Positions 49,219 to 59,274 of a stretch of 64,000 nt of DNA are shown here, one piece after another. Positions within the stretch are counted from its first letter, which is position 1. Each line of letters opens with the position of its first letter. A program made the position numbers and the translations under genes. A model generated the notes under the pieces. It searched no databases, was not told the origin of the DNA, and saw only the letters and a list, made by a program, of their open reading frames with translations. The DNA lies in the NCBI GenBank assembly GCA_963817525.1, contig CAWFOU010000001.1, forward strand, positions 768,001-832,000, in the 5' to 3' direction. This stretch comes from an uncultured archaeon. GTDB taxonomy: Archaea; Thermoproteota; Nitrososphaeria; Nitrososphaerales; Gagatemarchaeaceae.

Positions 49219-49687
49219 CCACCTTCTTGTCAGACGCCAGGCCGTCCAGCATCGCGGCCGCGCTCTTCTTGAGGACAGGGTGGACGAGCCTGGGCCTGAC
49301 CTCGGCGAGTGGCACCAGCACGAAAGCCCTCTCCGCAATCATAGGATGGGGGACCGTGAGCGTCGGACCCGAGAGGACCTCGTCGCCGTAGAAGAGGATG
49401 TCCAAGTCTATGGTTCGTGGGGCGTTCCTCCCGGCCTTCCGGTCCCGCCCCATCTTCTTTTCAATCCCACCCAGCCGCGCCAAGAGGCGCATGGGCTCAA
49501 GGTCAGTCTCGACGACCACCACGCCGTTGAGGAACCAGCCCTGGTCCTCGCGATACATCGGTTGGGTCTCGTAGACCGAGGACGCGGCCACGAGCGCCGC
49601 CCCGCGCGCGATCTCGGCAACGGCGCGGCGGAGGTTGTCCTCCCGGTCACCTAGGTTGGAGCCGAGCGCTATGACGGCTTCTACCAA
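49163..49687 (-). CDS. folK: 6-hydroxymethyl-7,8-dihydropterin pyrophosphokinase
   Basis: ALGSNLGDR, PRTIDLDIL, PHP...RAFVL. Confidence 0.95.
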   Translation of the reverse strand: MVEAVIALGSNLGDREDNLRRAVAEIARGAALVAASSVYETQPMYREDQGWFLNGVVVVETDLEPMRLLARLGGIEKKMGRDRKAGRNAPRTIDLDILFYGDEVLSGPTLTVPHPMIAERAFVLVPLAEVRPRLVHPVLKKSAAAMLDGLASDKKVVKRPGSLADLLPSRPRRR

Positions 49688-49690
49688 GGG

Positions 49691-50059
49691 CTAGGCATCC
49701 CTTTGTCGCTCTATCTCGATCCCTATCGAGGGGTCAGCCGAGTACTTCTCCTTGCGCACCCTCACCGCGACTCGCTCCGCCCCGAGCCTGTCCAGCGCGA
49801 TGGAGGCGATGCCCTCCGCGAGGCTCTCGAGGAGCCGGAACTCGCCCTCCGAGACGAACTGCGAAAACATGCGCTTCGCCTCGCGATAATCGGCCGTGTC
49901 TTGGATCCTCCCGCTCGCCGCGGCGCGGCGCAGGTCGAGGAAGAGGTTGACATCCACGAGGACCTTCTGGCTCAGGCGCCTCTCCTCGTCCGTTACGCCG
50001 ATGCGGCAGTCGAGGCGGAGGCCCTCTATGAAAATCCTGTCCATCGCGAAGTTTGGCAT
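49691..50059 (-). CDS. folB: dihydroneopterin aldolase
   Basis: DRIFIEGL...IGV...ER...Q...DY...LLE. Confidence 0.92.
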   Translation of the reverse strand: MPNFAMDRIFIEGLRLDCRIGVTDEERRLSQKVLVDVNLFLDLRRAAASGRIQDTADYREAKRMFSQFVSEGEFRLLESLAEGIASIALDRLGAERVAVRVRKEKYSADPSIGIEIERQRDA

Positions 50060-50118
50060 ACCCGCGCGCCAAATGATAAGCGTTGGGCCTCTCGGCGCGA
50101 GGGGGCCTCGCTCTTCGT

Positions 50119-50787
50119 TCAGGCGGAGGCTGGTGAGACGTAGGTCTCCATGACGGAGTCCAGTATGGTGTTCTGGACGCCCAGCGAGAGGGCTGACGCC
50201 TCGAGCGAGGACTTTTCATCCCTCGGAGTGACCTGCCTCTGGAGCATCCCCCTCCATACCGCGGCGTGCCTCACGTCCGCGACCTCGTGCTCCCTGAAGT
50301 ACTCTGTCCCGTCCTCACTCGAGGTCATGCCGTAGAATGCAACGAGCCCGTCCAGCTTGGTCCGGCTGATCTTGGGCTGCTCGCTCTCGACGGAGTACAT
50401 CGCGGCCGCGCCTCTGCAGAACGACTCCCCGGTTACCGACTTTAGCTTTGATACCGCTCTCCTCGTCTTTGGCGTCCCACGATAGGCCATCAGGGCGTCC
50501 CTAGAGACCCCCATGGAAGCGGCGAACTTGGCCCAGAGCTCGACGTGCTCCGTCTCCTCCCGTATGATCTCGGAGATGACCTTCTTCGCGGCCGGGTCAT
50601 TTACGAAACGGTCGATGTTCTTGACGAGCTCAGGGACTGCCCTGACGAGCTGGAAGTATTCCATCGAGTACCCCGCAAGGTGCTCGCGGCTCAGCTTCCC
50701 CTCGGACCACATCTTGTAGAACGCGTGCTTCAGCAGGCTGCGGTCTTCTATTCCGGCGTCAAGCTCATCGACGAGTTTGCTCATCAA
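50119..50787 (-). CDS. CADD/PqqC-like heme-oxygenase-fold protein, candidate pABA synthase
   Basis: HAFYKMWSEGKL, EETEH, KLDGL, EHEVADVRH; adjacent to folBKP. Confidence 0.8.
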   Translation of the reverse strand: MMSKLVDELDAGIEDRSLLKHAFYKMWSEGKLSREHLAGYSMEYFQLVRAVPELVKNIDRFVNDPAAKKVISEIIREETEHVELWAKFAASMGVSRDALMAYRGTPKTRRAVSKLKSVTGESFCRGAAAMYSVESEQPKISRTKLDGLVAFYGMTSSEDGTEYFREHEVADVRHAAVWRGMLQRQVTPRDEKSSLEASALSLGVQNTILDSVMETYVSPASA

Positions 50788-50842
50788 AAGAGCGATTCGC
50801 GCAATCTAGATAAGGTTTGTGAGGTAGGCGGTCGTCCGCCCT

Positions 50843-51859
50843 TCAACGGATGCGGTTAGCGACCGCCTTCGCCATCGCCCGAGTCCCGGACTTGCCCCCG
50901 AGGTCGTAGGTTACTTCCTTCCCGGCGGAGACGACGGCCATCGTCGCGTCGAAGATCGCCTTGCCCGCCCGCTTCTCGCCAAGGTACTCTAGCATCCATG
51001 CAGCGGAGAGTATGGTCGCGGTGGGGTTGACCTTGTCCTTCCCCGCGTACTTTGGCGTGCTTCCGTGGGCTGGCTCGAACATGGCGTAGTCGTCGCCGAA
51101 GTTCGCCGAGTAGATCATGCCGATGCTCCCCACGAGTCCGGAGGCCTCCTCGGAGAGGATGTCCATGAAGAGGTTCGTGCCCACGATCACGTTGCGGTCG
51201 AAGCGTTGGGGGTTCTTCACCAGCTGCTGCGAGAAGTTGTCGACGAAGACCTCCTCGAGCTCGATCCCTGGATAGGCCTCCGCGTTCTTCCTCGCGGCGT
51301 CCAGGAAGATCCCGTCGGTCACCTTTAGGATGTTGGCCTTGCATATGGCCACAACCTTCTTCCATCCGCGCCTCTTTGCCTCCTCCATGGCGAACCTGGT
51401 CACCTTGCTCGACTTGTTCCTTGTGATCAGCCTGATGGCTATCCCGACGTCGTCGCTGAGCTTGTACTCTATCCCTGAGTAGAGCCCCTCCGTCCCCTCC
51501 CTCACCATGAGGAAGTCCACTGCCCCGAGAGGGCCGACCTGGTTCGGGAACGTCTTTACCGGCCTCACGTTTGCGTAGAGGTCGAACTTCTGCCTGATGC
51601 TCACGGCGACGCTCCTAGGGGTCCCGGGCGCGGTGAGAGTGGTCGTCGGCCCCTTGAAGCAGCAATCGGCGTCCTCGAGGGCTCGCCACGTCTCTTCGGG
51701 GATCATGCTCGGGCCGCCGTTCTTCTCCCACCACTCCGCCCCCGCCTCGCACGTCACGAACTCCGCCTTGGCGCCGCTCGCCTTCAAGACTAGCAGCATC
51801 GCGTCAACGAGTTCTGGACCGGTGCCGTCGCCTTTGATCAGCGCGACCTTCTTGCTCAA
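50843..51859 (-). CDS. isocitrate/isopropylmalate dehydrogenase family protein
   Basis: GDGTGPE, NLFMDILS, EPAHGS. Confidence 0.9.
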   Translation of the reverse strand: MSKKVALIKGDGTGPELVDAMLLVLKASGAKAEFVTCEAGAEWWEKNGGPSMIPEETWRALEDADCCFKGPTTTLTAPGTPRSVAVSIRQKFDLYANVRPVKTFPNQVGPLGAVDFLMVREGTEGLYSGIEYKLSDDVGIAIRLITRNKSSKVTRFAMEEAKRRGWKKVVAICKANILKVTDGIFLDAARKNAEAYPGIELEEVFVDNFSQQLVKNPQRFDRNVIVGTNLFMDILSEEASGLVGSIGMIYSANFGDDYAMFEPAHGSTPKYAGKDKVNPTATILSAAWMLEYLGEKRAGKAIFDATMAVVSAGKEVTYDLGGKSGTRAMAKAVANRIR

Positions 51860-51917
51860 AGCCCGGTTGCCCCGAGCGACACAGCTCGCGGACCGGATTT
51901 AACGGTTGGCCGCCGAG

Positions 51918-52223
51918 CTACTCCTCACCCTCCTCCCACCAGTCCGGCACCACGATGCGGAAGCCGTCCTGCTCTCGATAGGCCTCGAGGGGTTCGCACC
52001 TCAGCGAGACGACGCGAGCCCCCGGAGGGCCGACCTTAGCCCACTCGAGCAGCTTCTCGACGCCCCCCTCCTCGCCTTGGACGAGCGCCTCGACGGCCCC
52101 GTCGTCCCTGTTCTTCACCCAGCCCTTGACGCCGTTGCGGAGCGCGACCTCGCGCATCGAGGACCTGAAGGAGACCCCCTGGACCATGCCAGAGACGACC
52201 ACTTTGTAGGTGACCGCGGCCAC
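51918..52223 (-). CDS. acyP: acylphosphatase
   Basis: VSGMVQGVSFR, GWVKNRDDG. Confidence 0.9.
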   Translation of the reverse strand: MAAVTYKVVVSGMVQGVSFRSSMREVALRNGVKGWVKNRDDGAVEALVQGEEGGVEKLLEWAKVGPPGARVVSLRCEPLEAYREQDGFRIVVPDWWEEGEE

Positions 52224-52886
52224 CTATCCCACCCCGACCGATGTGGACTGGATTATCGCGACCACGCCTTCCCTGATGAAGGCGATTCCTATCGCCGCGA
52301 TCAGCAGCCCCACGACCCTCGTGAAGACCTGCGTACCGCTGGTGCCGAGCGCCCGCTGCACCCAGGAAGCTCGCTCAAGGATCACGAACGCGAACACGGA
52401 GTTGAGGAGGATCACCAAGTAGATCTCGAGCAGACCGTAGGGCAGGTTGGCGTCAATCATCACCGTGGAGATCGCCCCAGGCCCGGCGAGGAGCGGCGTC
52501 GCGATGGGGAACGCCGCTATCTCGGTGGCGGCGATGGCCCTGGTCTGCGAGATTCTGCCTCTGAGCATGTCGACCGCTATTATGAACAGGATCACCCCCC
52601 CGGCGATTTTGAAGTCGTTTATCGTGATCCCGAGCAGGTCGAAGATCAGGGGCCCGACCGAGGCGAAGATGAACAGGATCACTGTGGATATGATCACCGA
52701 GTCCCTCACGATCCTCGCGCGCTGGTCCTTGTAATCGTGGGTCAGCGCGAGGAACACGGGGACAGTGCCGATGACATCGTACACTGAGAAGAGCAGGACG
52801 AACGACGAGCCGAACGACGACACGTTGAAGGAGAAGAACGAGCTGAGGTCGAGGGCCAACCGGGCGACCTTCGCTTGGGGCCGCAA
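52224..52886 (-). CDS. MarC family membrane protein
   Basis: FKIAGG, PIATPLLAGPGAI; start uncertain. Confidence 0.88.
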   Translation of the reverse strand: MRPQAKVARLALDLSSFFSFNVSSFGSSFVLLFSVYDVIGTVPVFLALTHDYKDQRARIVRDSVIISTVILFIFASVGPLIFDLLGITINDFKIAGGVILFIIAVDMLRGRISQTRAIAATEIAAFPIATPLLAGPGAISTVMIDANLPYGLLEIYLVILLNSVFAFVILERASWVQRALGTSGTQVFTRVVGLLIAAIGIAFIREGVVAIIQSTSVGVG

Positions 52887-52947
52887 GCGCGTATAAGGGT
52901 TCGCGGGCGCCGCATCCTTGAAATACGAACCTCGGTCCCGCTGCGAC

Positions 52948-53313
52948 GTGGCGCGTCTCGAGAAGGCGATAGCGGTGCTCGTCTACGCCTCGGTGGTGCT
53001 CGGCGTCCTCTTCCTCTACGTACTGCACGGGACCGCCGGTGTCCCCGGCTTCCTCTTCCCTTCGATAGCCGTGGGCGAGGTCATATGGATCGGATGTGCC
53101 GTGGCAATCTCGAGGAAGGTCAGTTGGGCGCCCTATATGGCCGTCGTGCTAGCGGTGATAACCCTCGCCGTCTCACTCCCCCAGCCAACTCACTATGACT
53201 TTGCAGAGACAGGCCAAGTCGTGGCGTTCCTCATCTTCACAGGAGGGTCGGCGCTGCAGTTCGCGCTGATAGCGGCCGTGGGCCTGTTCGCCTACAGGTC
53301 TAGGAGAGCCTAG
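52948..53313 (+). CDS. hypothetical membrane protein
   Basis: four hydrophobic segments. Confidence 0.65.
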   Translation: MARLEKAIAVLVYASVVLGVLFLYVLHGTAGVPGFLFPSIAVGEVIWIGCAVAISRKVSWAPYMAVVLAVITLAVSLPQPTHYDFAETGQVVAFLIFTGGSALQFALIAAVGLFAYRSRRA

Positions 53314-53963
53314 GTCTTTTCATCGAATGCCGGCTCTTCGCCTTTCACGATGAAGATCACTGACCTGCCGATGTAAACCGCGTGGTCCGCTATCCTCTCG
53401 AGGTAGCGCAGAATCAAGGTTTGCGAGAGCGCGCAGCGAAGGTCTACCTTACGCGATTTCATCAGCATCTTGATGTAGTCACGATACGCGTCGTCGACGT
53501 AATCGTCCATGCCCGTTATCTTCTTGGCGAGGTCTACGTTCTGATTCGCGAAGGCCTCGACGCTCATCTTAATCATCTCCTTGGTCGTCTCGGCTGCGCT
53601 CTCGACCACGCTACGGTCGCATTTTGTGAGATCCCCGAATGTGTCGAGGACTTCCATGATGTCGTGCGCGTATCGCCCGTACCTGTAGAAGCCGTAAGAG
53701 ATTTCCATGCATGCCTTGATGTAACGGAGGTCGGATGCCACGGGCTGGAATCTCGCTATAAGCTCAATCGAGAGCTCGCTAACTTGGTCATCGAGCTGCT
53801 TGAGCTTGATCGACCACCTGTTGACATCCTGATGGTTCTTGCCGATATGGTAGGACTCGATTGCGGCCACAACGGTCTGCTGGGAGAGTTGTCCCATCTC
53901 GAGCAGAATATTCCGAAGCCTGTCCATCCCAAGGTCCATGAGTCTTGCCATTGCGACAATCAC
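53310..53963 (-). CDS. phoU: phosphate transport regulator PhoU
   Basis: [21 protein letters not shown]. Confidence 0.9.
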   Translation of the reverse strand: MIVAMARLMDLGMDRLRNILLEMGQLSQQTVVAAIESYHIGKNHQDVNRWSIKLKQLDDQVSELSIELIARFQPVASDLRYIKACMEISYGFYRYGRYAHDIMEVLDTFGDLTKCDRSVVESAAETTKEMIKMSVEAFANQNVDLAKKITGMDDYVDDAYRDYIKMLMKSRKVDLRCALSQTLILRYLERIADHAVYIGRSVIFIVKGEEPAFDEKT

Positions 53964-54802
53964 CCGAACTTGCCCGTGATGTACCGCTCGGTCAACTCTT
54001 GCTTGGGATTCTCGAAGAGCTGGGCCGTCTCCCCGAACTCGACGAGTTCGCCCAGATAGAAGAAGGCGGTGTAGTCCGCCACCCTAGCGGCCTGTTGCAT
54101 ATTGTGGGTGACGATGATGATTGTGTAGTCCTTCTTGAGCTCTACCATTGCTTCTTCGATCTTAGCGGTAGCCGTCGGGTCTAGAGCCGAGCACGGCTCG
54201 TCCATTAAAAGGACCTCGGGCTGGACGGCGATGGCCCGTGCGATGCACAGCCTCTGCTGCTGCCCTCCCGAGAGAGCGGATCCCGGCTTGTGAAGGTCGT
54301 TCTTGACCTCCTCCCAGAGGAATCCCATCTTCAGGCTCCTTTCTACCACCTGGTCCAGCAGCTTCTTGTCCCTCACGCCGTTGAGCTTGAGTCCCGCCGC
54401 TACGTTGTCGTAGATTGTCATGGTCGGGAATGGGTTAGGCTTTTGGAACACCATCCCTATCTTCCGCCGGACGGCGACGGGGTCCACCTTTGGACCGTAT
54501 ATGTTCTCGTCGTCGAGCATGACCTCTCCCTGGACTTTCGCTCCCGGGGTGAGCTCGTGAATCCTGTTGAGGCATCTGATGAACGTCGTCTTTCCGCAGC
54601 CCGAGGGCCCCATGATGGCCGTGACGTACTTTCCCGGGACGTCGAGGTCGATTCCCTTCAGGACTTCTGACTTTCCGAAGCCTGCCTTCAGCTCCCTGGT
54701 CCTCATCTTGGTGCCGAAGGAGACGGTGCTGGTTTCTGCCGACATCGTTGAGCCCTCCCTCACAGCCTCGTTCTCTCTCTCTTTCTGCATTTCCATTGTC
54801 AT
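53960..54802 (-). CDS. pstB: phosphate ABC transporter ATP-binding protein
   Basis: [23 protein letters not shown]. Confidence 0.95.
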   Translation of the reverse strand: MTMEMQKERENEAVREGSTMSAETSTVSFGTKMRTRELKAGFGKSEVLKGIDLDVPGKYVTAIMGPSGCGKTTFIRCLNRIHELTPGAKVQGEVMLDDENIYGPKVDPVAVRRKIGMVFQKPNPFPTMTIYDNVAAGLKLNGVRDKKLLDQVVERSLKMGFLWEEVKNDLHKPGSALSGGQQQRLCIARAIAVQPEVLLMDEPCSALDPTATAKIEEAMVELKKDYTIIIVTHNMQQAARVADYTAFFYLGELVEFGETAQLFENPKQELTERYITGKFG

Positions 54803-54808
54803 CTCAAT

Positions 54809-55684
54809 CTAGGTCTCGGGCCTGACGTTCGACATCCTCCTGCCCACGGTAAGCTTGATGATTAGGTTTAGCGCCAACATGAACACTATCAAGACCAGTG
54901 CGGCGCCCCATGCGTCGTCCTGCCATTGGACGAAGGGCGAAATACCGTAGGTGTAAATGAGCAGCGGCAAGGCGGCAGTCGGCTCCATCAGGCTCTTGGA
55001 GTAGAAGGTGTTCCCTTCCGCGGTGAAGAGCAGAGGGGCGGTCTCGCCCGCAGCCCTGGCTATTGCGAGGATTATGCCGGTGAAGAGCCCAGCTCGCCCC
55101 GTAGATATCACGATGCTGGTCACGGTCTTCCATCTAGCCACCCCCAGCGCCATCGAGGCCTCTCTGAGGTTCCTGGGGACTAGCTTCAGAGACTCTTCCG
55201 TCGTCCTGGCTACTATGGGGAGCATGATGATTGCTAAGGCCAGCGCCCCGGCGAGTGCGGAGAACGTCCCTGTCGCCAACACGACGAGGACAAACACGAA
55301 GATTCCAACCACGATGGACGGGAACTCGGCCAGGACGTCGTTCATGAAGCTCGAAAGGAATGACAGCCTCGACTCGGGCCATTCGGAGAAGAATATCCCG
55401 GCTCCGACTCCTATCGGAATGGAGATCAGCGATGCGATTCCCACGATGATGAACGAACCCACAATCGCGTTTGCTATGCCCCCCCCGGAGATACCCACGG
55501 GCGTAGGGAGGTGCGTGAAGAAATCTACGTTGAGGACGGGGACCCCCTTTATCGCCACGTCCGCGAGTATGAATACGAGAGGGGCCACCGCTAGGCAGAC
55601 AGCGAGATAAACAAGACCGGTCATTGCATTGTTCGTGAATCGCCTGCGTCTATCCATTCCCGAGTCAGCCGTGAGCCCCGCCAA
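54809..55684 (-). CDS. pstA: phosphate ABC transporter permease
   Basis: PSIVVG, ARAAGETAPLL. Confidence 0.93.
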   Translation of the reverse strand: MAGLTADSGMDRRRRFTNNAMTGLVYLAVCLAVAPLVFILADVAIKGVPVLNVDFFTHLPTPVGISGGGIANAIVGSFIIVGIASLISIPIGVGAGIFFSEWPESRLSFLSSFMNDVLAEFPSIVVGIFVFVLVVLATGTFSALAGALALAIIMLPIVARTTEESLKLVPRNLREASMALGVARWKTVTSIVISTGRAGLFTGIILAIARAAGETAPLLFTAEGNTFYSKSLMEPTAALPLLIYTYGISPFVQWQDDAWGAALVLIVFMLALNLIIKLTVGRRMSNVRPET

Positions 55685-55696
55685 TCTCTTCTCCTC

Positions 55697-56644
55697 CTAG
55701 AGTTTTGCCTTGCTAATCCGCGACATGCGCCAGAGCAGCGTCCTGGCGAAGATGTTTATTGCCAGCGCGACAAAGAAGAGTATCAGACCCAGCTCGATTA
55801 GCGCGGCCGTGCTAAGAGGAGAGGAGGACTCTGAGAACTGGTTAGCAATAGCGCTGGCGAGGGTGTATCCTGGAGAGAATAGGTCGGCGGTAATCCTTGT
55901 GGCGTTGCCGATAACCATCGTGACCGCCATGGTCTCGCCGACCGCCCTCCCCAGCCCTAGGATTGTTGCGCCGAACAGCCCAGAGCGCGCGTATGGCAAG
56001 ATCCCCTTTGTTATGACCTCCCAGTCCGTCGCCCCTATGGCGTACATGGCCTCCCGCTGGCTGTTGGGAACGACGTTCAGTACATTCCTCGAGATCGCCG
56101 AGACGGTCGGGATTATCATGATTGCCAGGATGATTCCAGCCGTAAAAAAGTCGAGCCCGAATGGCGTTCCGGAGAACGTCGGGATGAACCCCACGTAGCG
56201 GTGGAGAGGCCCCTCGACGTAGACCTTGATGAAGGGGCTCAGGACGAAGAGGCCCCACAGCCCGTATATCACGCTCGGGACCGCGGCCAGGAGCTCGACG
56301 GTTGTGCCGATGATGTGCGCCTCGTTCTGACGGCTCTTCAGCTTCTCCACAAGGAAGACTGCGACGCCGATGCTGACCGGCAGTCCGATGAGGAGGGCGA
56401 GGGCGGACGTGAGCAAGGTCCCGTAGATGTATGGGAGAGCGCCGTAGACGTTATGCACAGGATCCCACGTCCTCCCGATCAGGAAGGAGAAACCGTACTG
56501 TTGGAGGGATACTCTGGAGCCCACGAAGAGCTCGTAGGCCAGGGCCGCCATGAGGATGATTATGCCTACCGCAGCGGCGGCCACCAGGTCCTTTAGCGCG
56601 CGGTCCCCCTTGAAGGGGAAGCCGCTGCCGCCGCCTTTGTTCAG
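55697..56644 (-). CDS. pstC: phosphate ABC transporter permease (probable CTG start)
   Basis: PSVIYGLWG, GRAVGETMAV; GAGGAG SD 6 nt before an in-frame CTG. Confidence 0.92.
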   Translation of the reverse strand: MNKGGGSGFPFKGDRALKDLVAAAAVGIIILMAALAYELFVGSRVSLQQYGFSFLIGRTWDPVHNVYGALPYIYGTLLTSALALLIGLPVSIGVAVFLVEKLKSRQNEAHIIGTTVELLAAVPSVIYGLWGLFVLSPFIKVYVEGPLHRYVGFIPTFSGTPFGLDFFTAGIILAIMIIPTVSAISRNVLNVVPNSQREAMYAIGATDWEVITKGILPYARSGLFGATILGLGRAVGETMAVTMVIGNATRITADLFSPGYTLASAIANQFSESSSPLSTAALIELGLILFFVALAINIFARTLLWRMSRISKAKL

Positions 56645-56685
56645 TCTAATCTCCTCATAATCAAAAAAGGGAGCCTAGCTTGTGG

Positions 56686-57945
56686 CTAGGGTCCGTTGTA
56701 AAGTGGTGTTCCGTTGTACGTGATTGATTGGATTGTCGTATCGTCGAGCGTTACCACGTTGGACGGCATCGGCACGTATCCTATGTTGGTTCCTGCCTTC
56801 TGCGCGTCGTTGATGACCCACCAGAGGAAGTTGACCAATGCTGTGCCCTGCGCCTGGCTGGCCTGCGCCTGGTAGACGACCAAGTAGGTGAAGGTTGTGA
56901 TTGGGTAAACGGTGGTAGCCGCTGTGTCGTTGTAGATGTTGTTGATGATGGATACACTGCTCCAGACTCCGTTGCCTGCAGGCAGTGGGCCAGATGCGCC
57001 CGCTGCCACCGCCGCTGCGATGTTAGTCAGGTTCGCAAGGACGTAGTTGCCGGCCGCGTTCTCTACCGATCCGTAGCTGATTAGGGTTGGATTGACGATG
57101 ACATATGCGATTTCTAGTGGTCCTATGGAGTATTTGGTATTCTCGATGCAACCCGCTACACCCTCGTTGCCCTTGCACCCGAGGCCTACGGGCCAGTTGG
57201 GTAGCGTTGCCGTTCCCACCTTGGTCTTCCAGGCCGCGCTCGAGTCAGAGAGATAGTTCGTGAATGCGAACATCGTCCCGCTCGAGTCAGACCTGTGGAC
57301 TACGGTGATTGGCTGTGCAGGGAGGGTGGCTCCTGGGTTGAGTGCTTGGATTGCCGGGTCGTTCCACATTGTGATGTTGCCCATGAATATGCTTGCAAGC
57401 ACCGCTCCAGTGAACTTCAGGCCGTTGGTAATCCCCGGCAGGTTGTACGCAGGTACTACTGCGCTGGCCGACTCTGGGATTACGACGACTTGGGAGGGGA
57501 AGGCGGTGTATTGGGCGGAGGAAGGAGGCGCGTCAGAGGCACCGAAGTCGACGACCTTGCTTGTAAGGTCGGTGAGTCCGGCGCCGCTACCTACGCTCTG
57601 ATAGTTGACCATCACGTTGCCCGTGTACTGCTGGTAAGCGAATGTCCATGCGGACATGAGTGGGAAGACGAGGGTCGATCCCGCACCGTTAAGGGTCGCA
57701 GGGGCGCCAGTGGTGGTGGAAGCCGTGGTGGTAGATACGGATGTCGAGGTTGTAGTTGAGACTGAGGTGGAGACTGCGGTAGTCGTTGATAGGGCTGTAG
57801 TTGTCGAAGTCGCGGTGACGGTGGTCGTAGTCTTGGAGCCTGAGGCGGCTAAGTACGCCCCCGCGCCCACGACTATTATCGCTACCACCGCAATCGCTGC
57901 GACTAATGTTGTGCTGATTCCTGTTCTTGAAAATTTCATCTTCAA
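56686..57945 (-). CDS. pstS: phosphate-binding protein
   Basis: GAGST, GSGAG, DFGASD, RSDSSGT. Confidence 0.95.
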   Translation of the reverse strand: MKMKFSRTGISTTLVAAIAVVAIIVVGAGAYLAASGSKTTTTVTATSTTTALSTTTAVSTSVSTTTSTSVSTTTASTTTGAPATLNGAGSTLVFPLMSAWTFAYQQYTGNVMVNYQSVGSGAGLTDLTSKVVDFGASDAPPSSAQYTAFPSQVVVIPESASAVVPAYNLPGITNGLKFTGAVLASIFMGNITMWNDPAIQALNPGATLPAQPITVVHRSDSSGTMFAFTNYLSDSSAAWKTKVGTATLPNWPVGLGCKGNEGVAGCIENTKYSIGPLEIAYVIVNPTLISYGSVENAAGNYVLANLTNIAAAVAAGASGPLPAGNGVWSSVSIINNIYNDTAATTVYPITTFTYLVVYQAQASQAQGTALVNFLWWVINDAQKAGTNIGYVPMPSNVVTLDDTTIQSITYNGTPLYNGP

Positions 57946-58213
57946 GCCGGCAACGGCTTCACACCCGATATATGGCTCCCCGAATTATTCTATTGCGTAA
58001 TATAGAGTCGCCATCTAACTATGGGTGCGCTATAGTTCACTGCGCAAGAGAGGTGTTTCGACCAGCTTTCTGTCCTCGCGATACGATTTGGCGGACGGAC
58101 GAGAATTCGACGGGCTTCTTCGTGTGAATTCCAACCAAAAATACGCGCCGTTTGCCTCGTCATAGGGTCAAAAAGCGATGGATTGGCCTAAAATTCACAG
58201 CATTGACGCAAGA

Positions 58214-58232
58214 TATATAGAGCCACTATATA
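58214..58232. promoter_or_regulatory. candidate phosphate-regulon operator
   Basis: perfect TATATAG-N5-CTATATA; related copies at 57999-58017 and 58018-58036. Confidence 0.5.
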
Positions 58233-58243
58233 CACCTTGGACA

Positions 58244-59272
58244 ATGGAAATCAGGAAGATACAGATAACGGGCGGGAACAGCTATGTGGTCTCTCTTCCA
58301 AAGTCGTGGGTCAACGACGCGGGCCTGAAGGCGAAGGACGCGGTCCTCGTCATGCCCCAGGCTGACATGTCGCTCCTTGTCGTCCCGAAGAACAACCTCA
58401 GGAAGGAGACTAAGAGCGAGGTGCTCATCGAGTTGCAAGAGACCACTGACAGGGACACCGCCCTCAGGACGTTCATCTCGTACTACCTCGCCGGATACGA
58501 CGTGATCAGGCTGAGGATCTCGGGCTCGAGCTCGGGCCTCAGAACTCACCTGAAGGAGGCGATAAGGAGGAAGCTGATCGGCATCGAGATAGTCGAGGAG
58601 ACATCGAACGGGATAACGACGCAGTGCCTCTCCGGCTACTCCGACCTCCCCCTGAAGAAGGCAATAGAGAGGATGTCTATAATCGCCTCGGGGATGGTGC
58701 AGGACGCGGTTACTTCTCTCCAGACCGGCGACCTCTCCCTGGCGGAGGAGGTGAGCATGAGGGACGACGAGGTCGACAGGTTCTACCACTTCATCGTCAG
58801 GCAGCTCAACATGGCGGTCCGGAATCGCGCCATAATCGAGGAGGTCGGCCTGGTCGCCGCGAGGGACTGCCTCGGGTACAGGCTAGCGGTGAAGAGCATC
58901 GAGCGCGTCGCGGACCACGCAGCGGGCATAGCGAGGCTGGTGCCCACCCTGCGCGCCGACTCGCTAGGAAAGGTCCTCAAGGAGGTGGTGAAGATGAGCG
59001 AGCTCTCGCAGAAGGTCCTCGGCCAGGCGGTGAGCTCCCTCGTCGAGCTCGACGTGAAGAAGGCGAACGAGTCGATCAACCTCACGAAGAAGGTCATAGA
59101 GATAGACGAGAAGATGACGAGCGAGCTGCTCAGGCCTGGGATGGAGCCCACCACGGTAGGCTGGTTCAGGCTCGTGCTCGAGAGCGTGAGGAGGGTGGCT
59201 GAGTACGGCTCGGACATCGCCGAGATCGCCGTTGACCTGACCGCGAAGGAACCCAACAACCTCGGCTCATAG
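58244..59272 (+). CDS. archaeal phosphate uptake regulator (AbrB + PhoU domains)
   Basis: RKIQITGGNSYVVSLPKSW, DDEVDRFY, ERVADH. Confidence 0.92.
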   Translation: MEIRKIQITGGNSYVVSLPKSWVNDAGLKAKDAVLVMPQADMSLLVVPKNNLRKETKSEVLIELQETTDRDTALRTFISYYLAGYDVIRLRISGSSSGLRTHLKEAIRRKLIGIEIVEETSNGITTQCLSGYSDLPLKKAIERMSIIASGMVQDAVTSLQTGDLSLAEEVSMRDDEVDRFYHFIVRQLNMAVRNRAIIEEVGLVAARDCLGYRLAVKSIERVADHAAGIARLVPTLRADSLGKVLKEVVKMSELSQKVLGQAVSSLVELDVKKANESINLTKKVIEIDEKMTSELLRPGMEPTTVGWFRLVLESVRRVAEYGSDIAEIAVDLTAKEPNNLGS

Positions 59273-59274
59273 GC

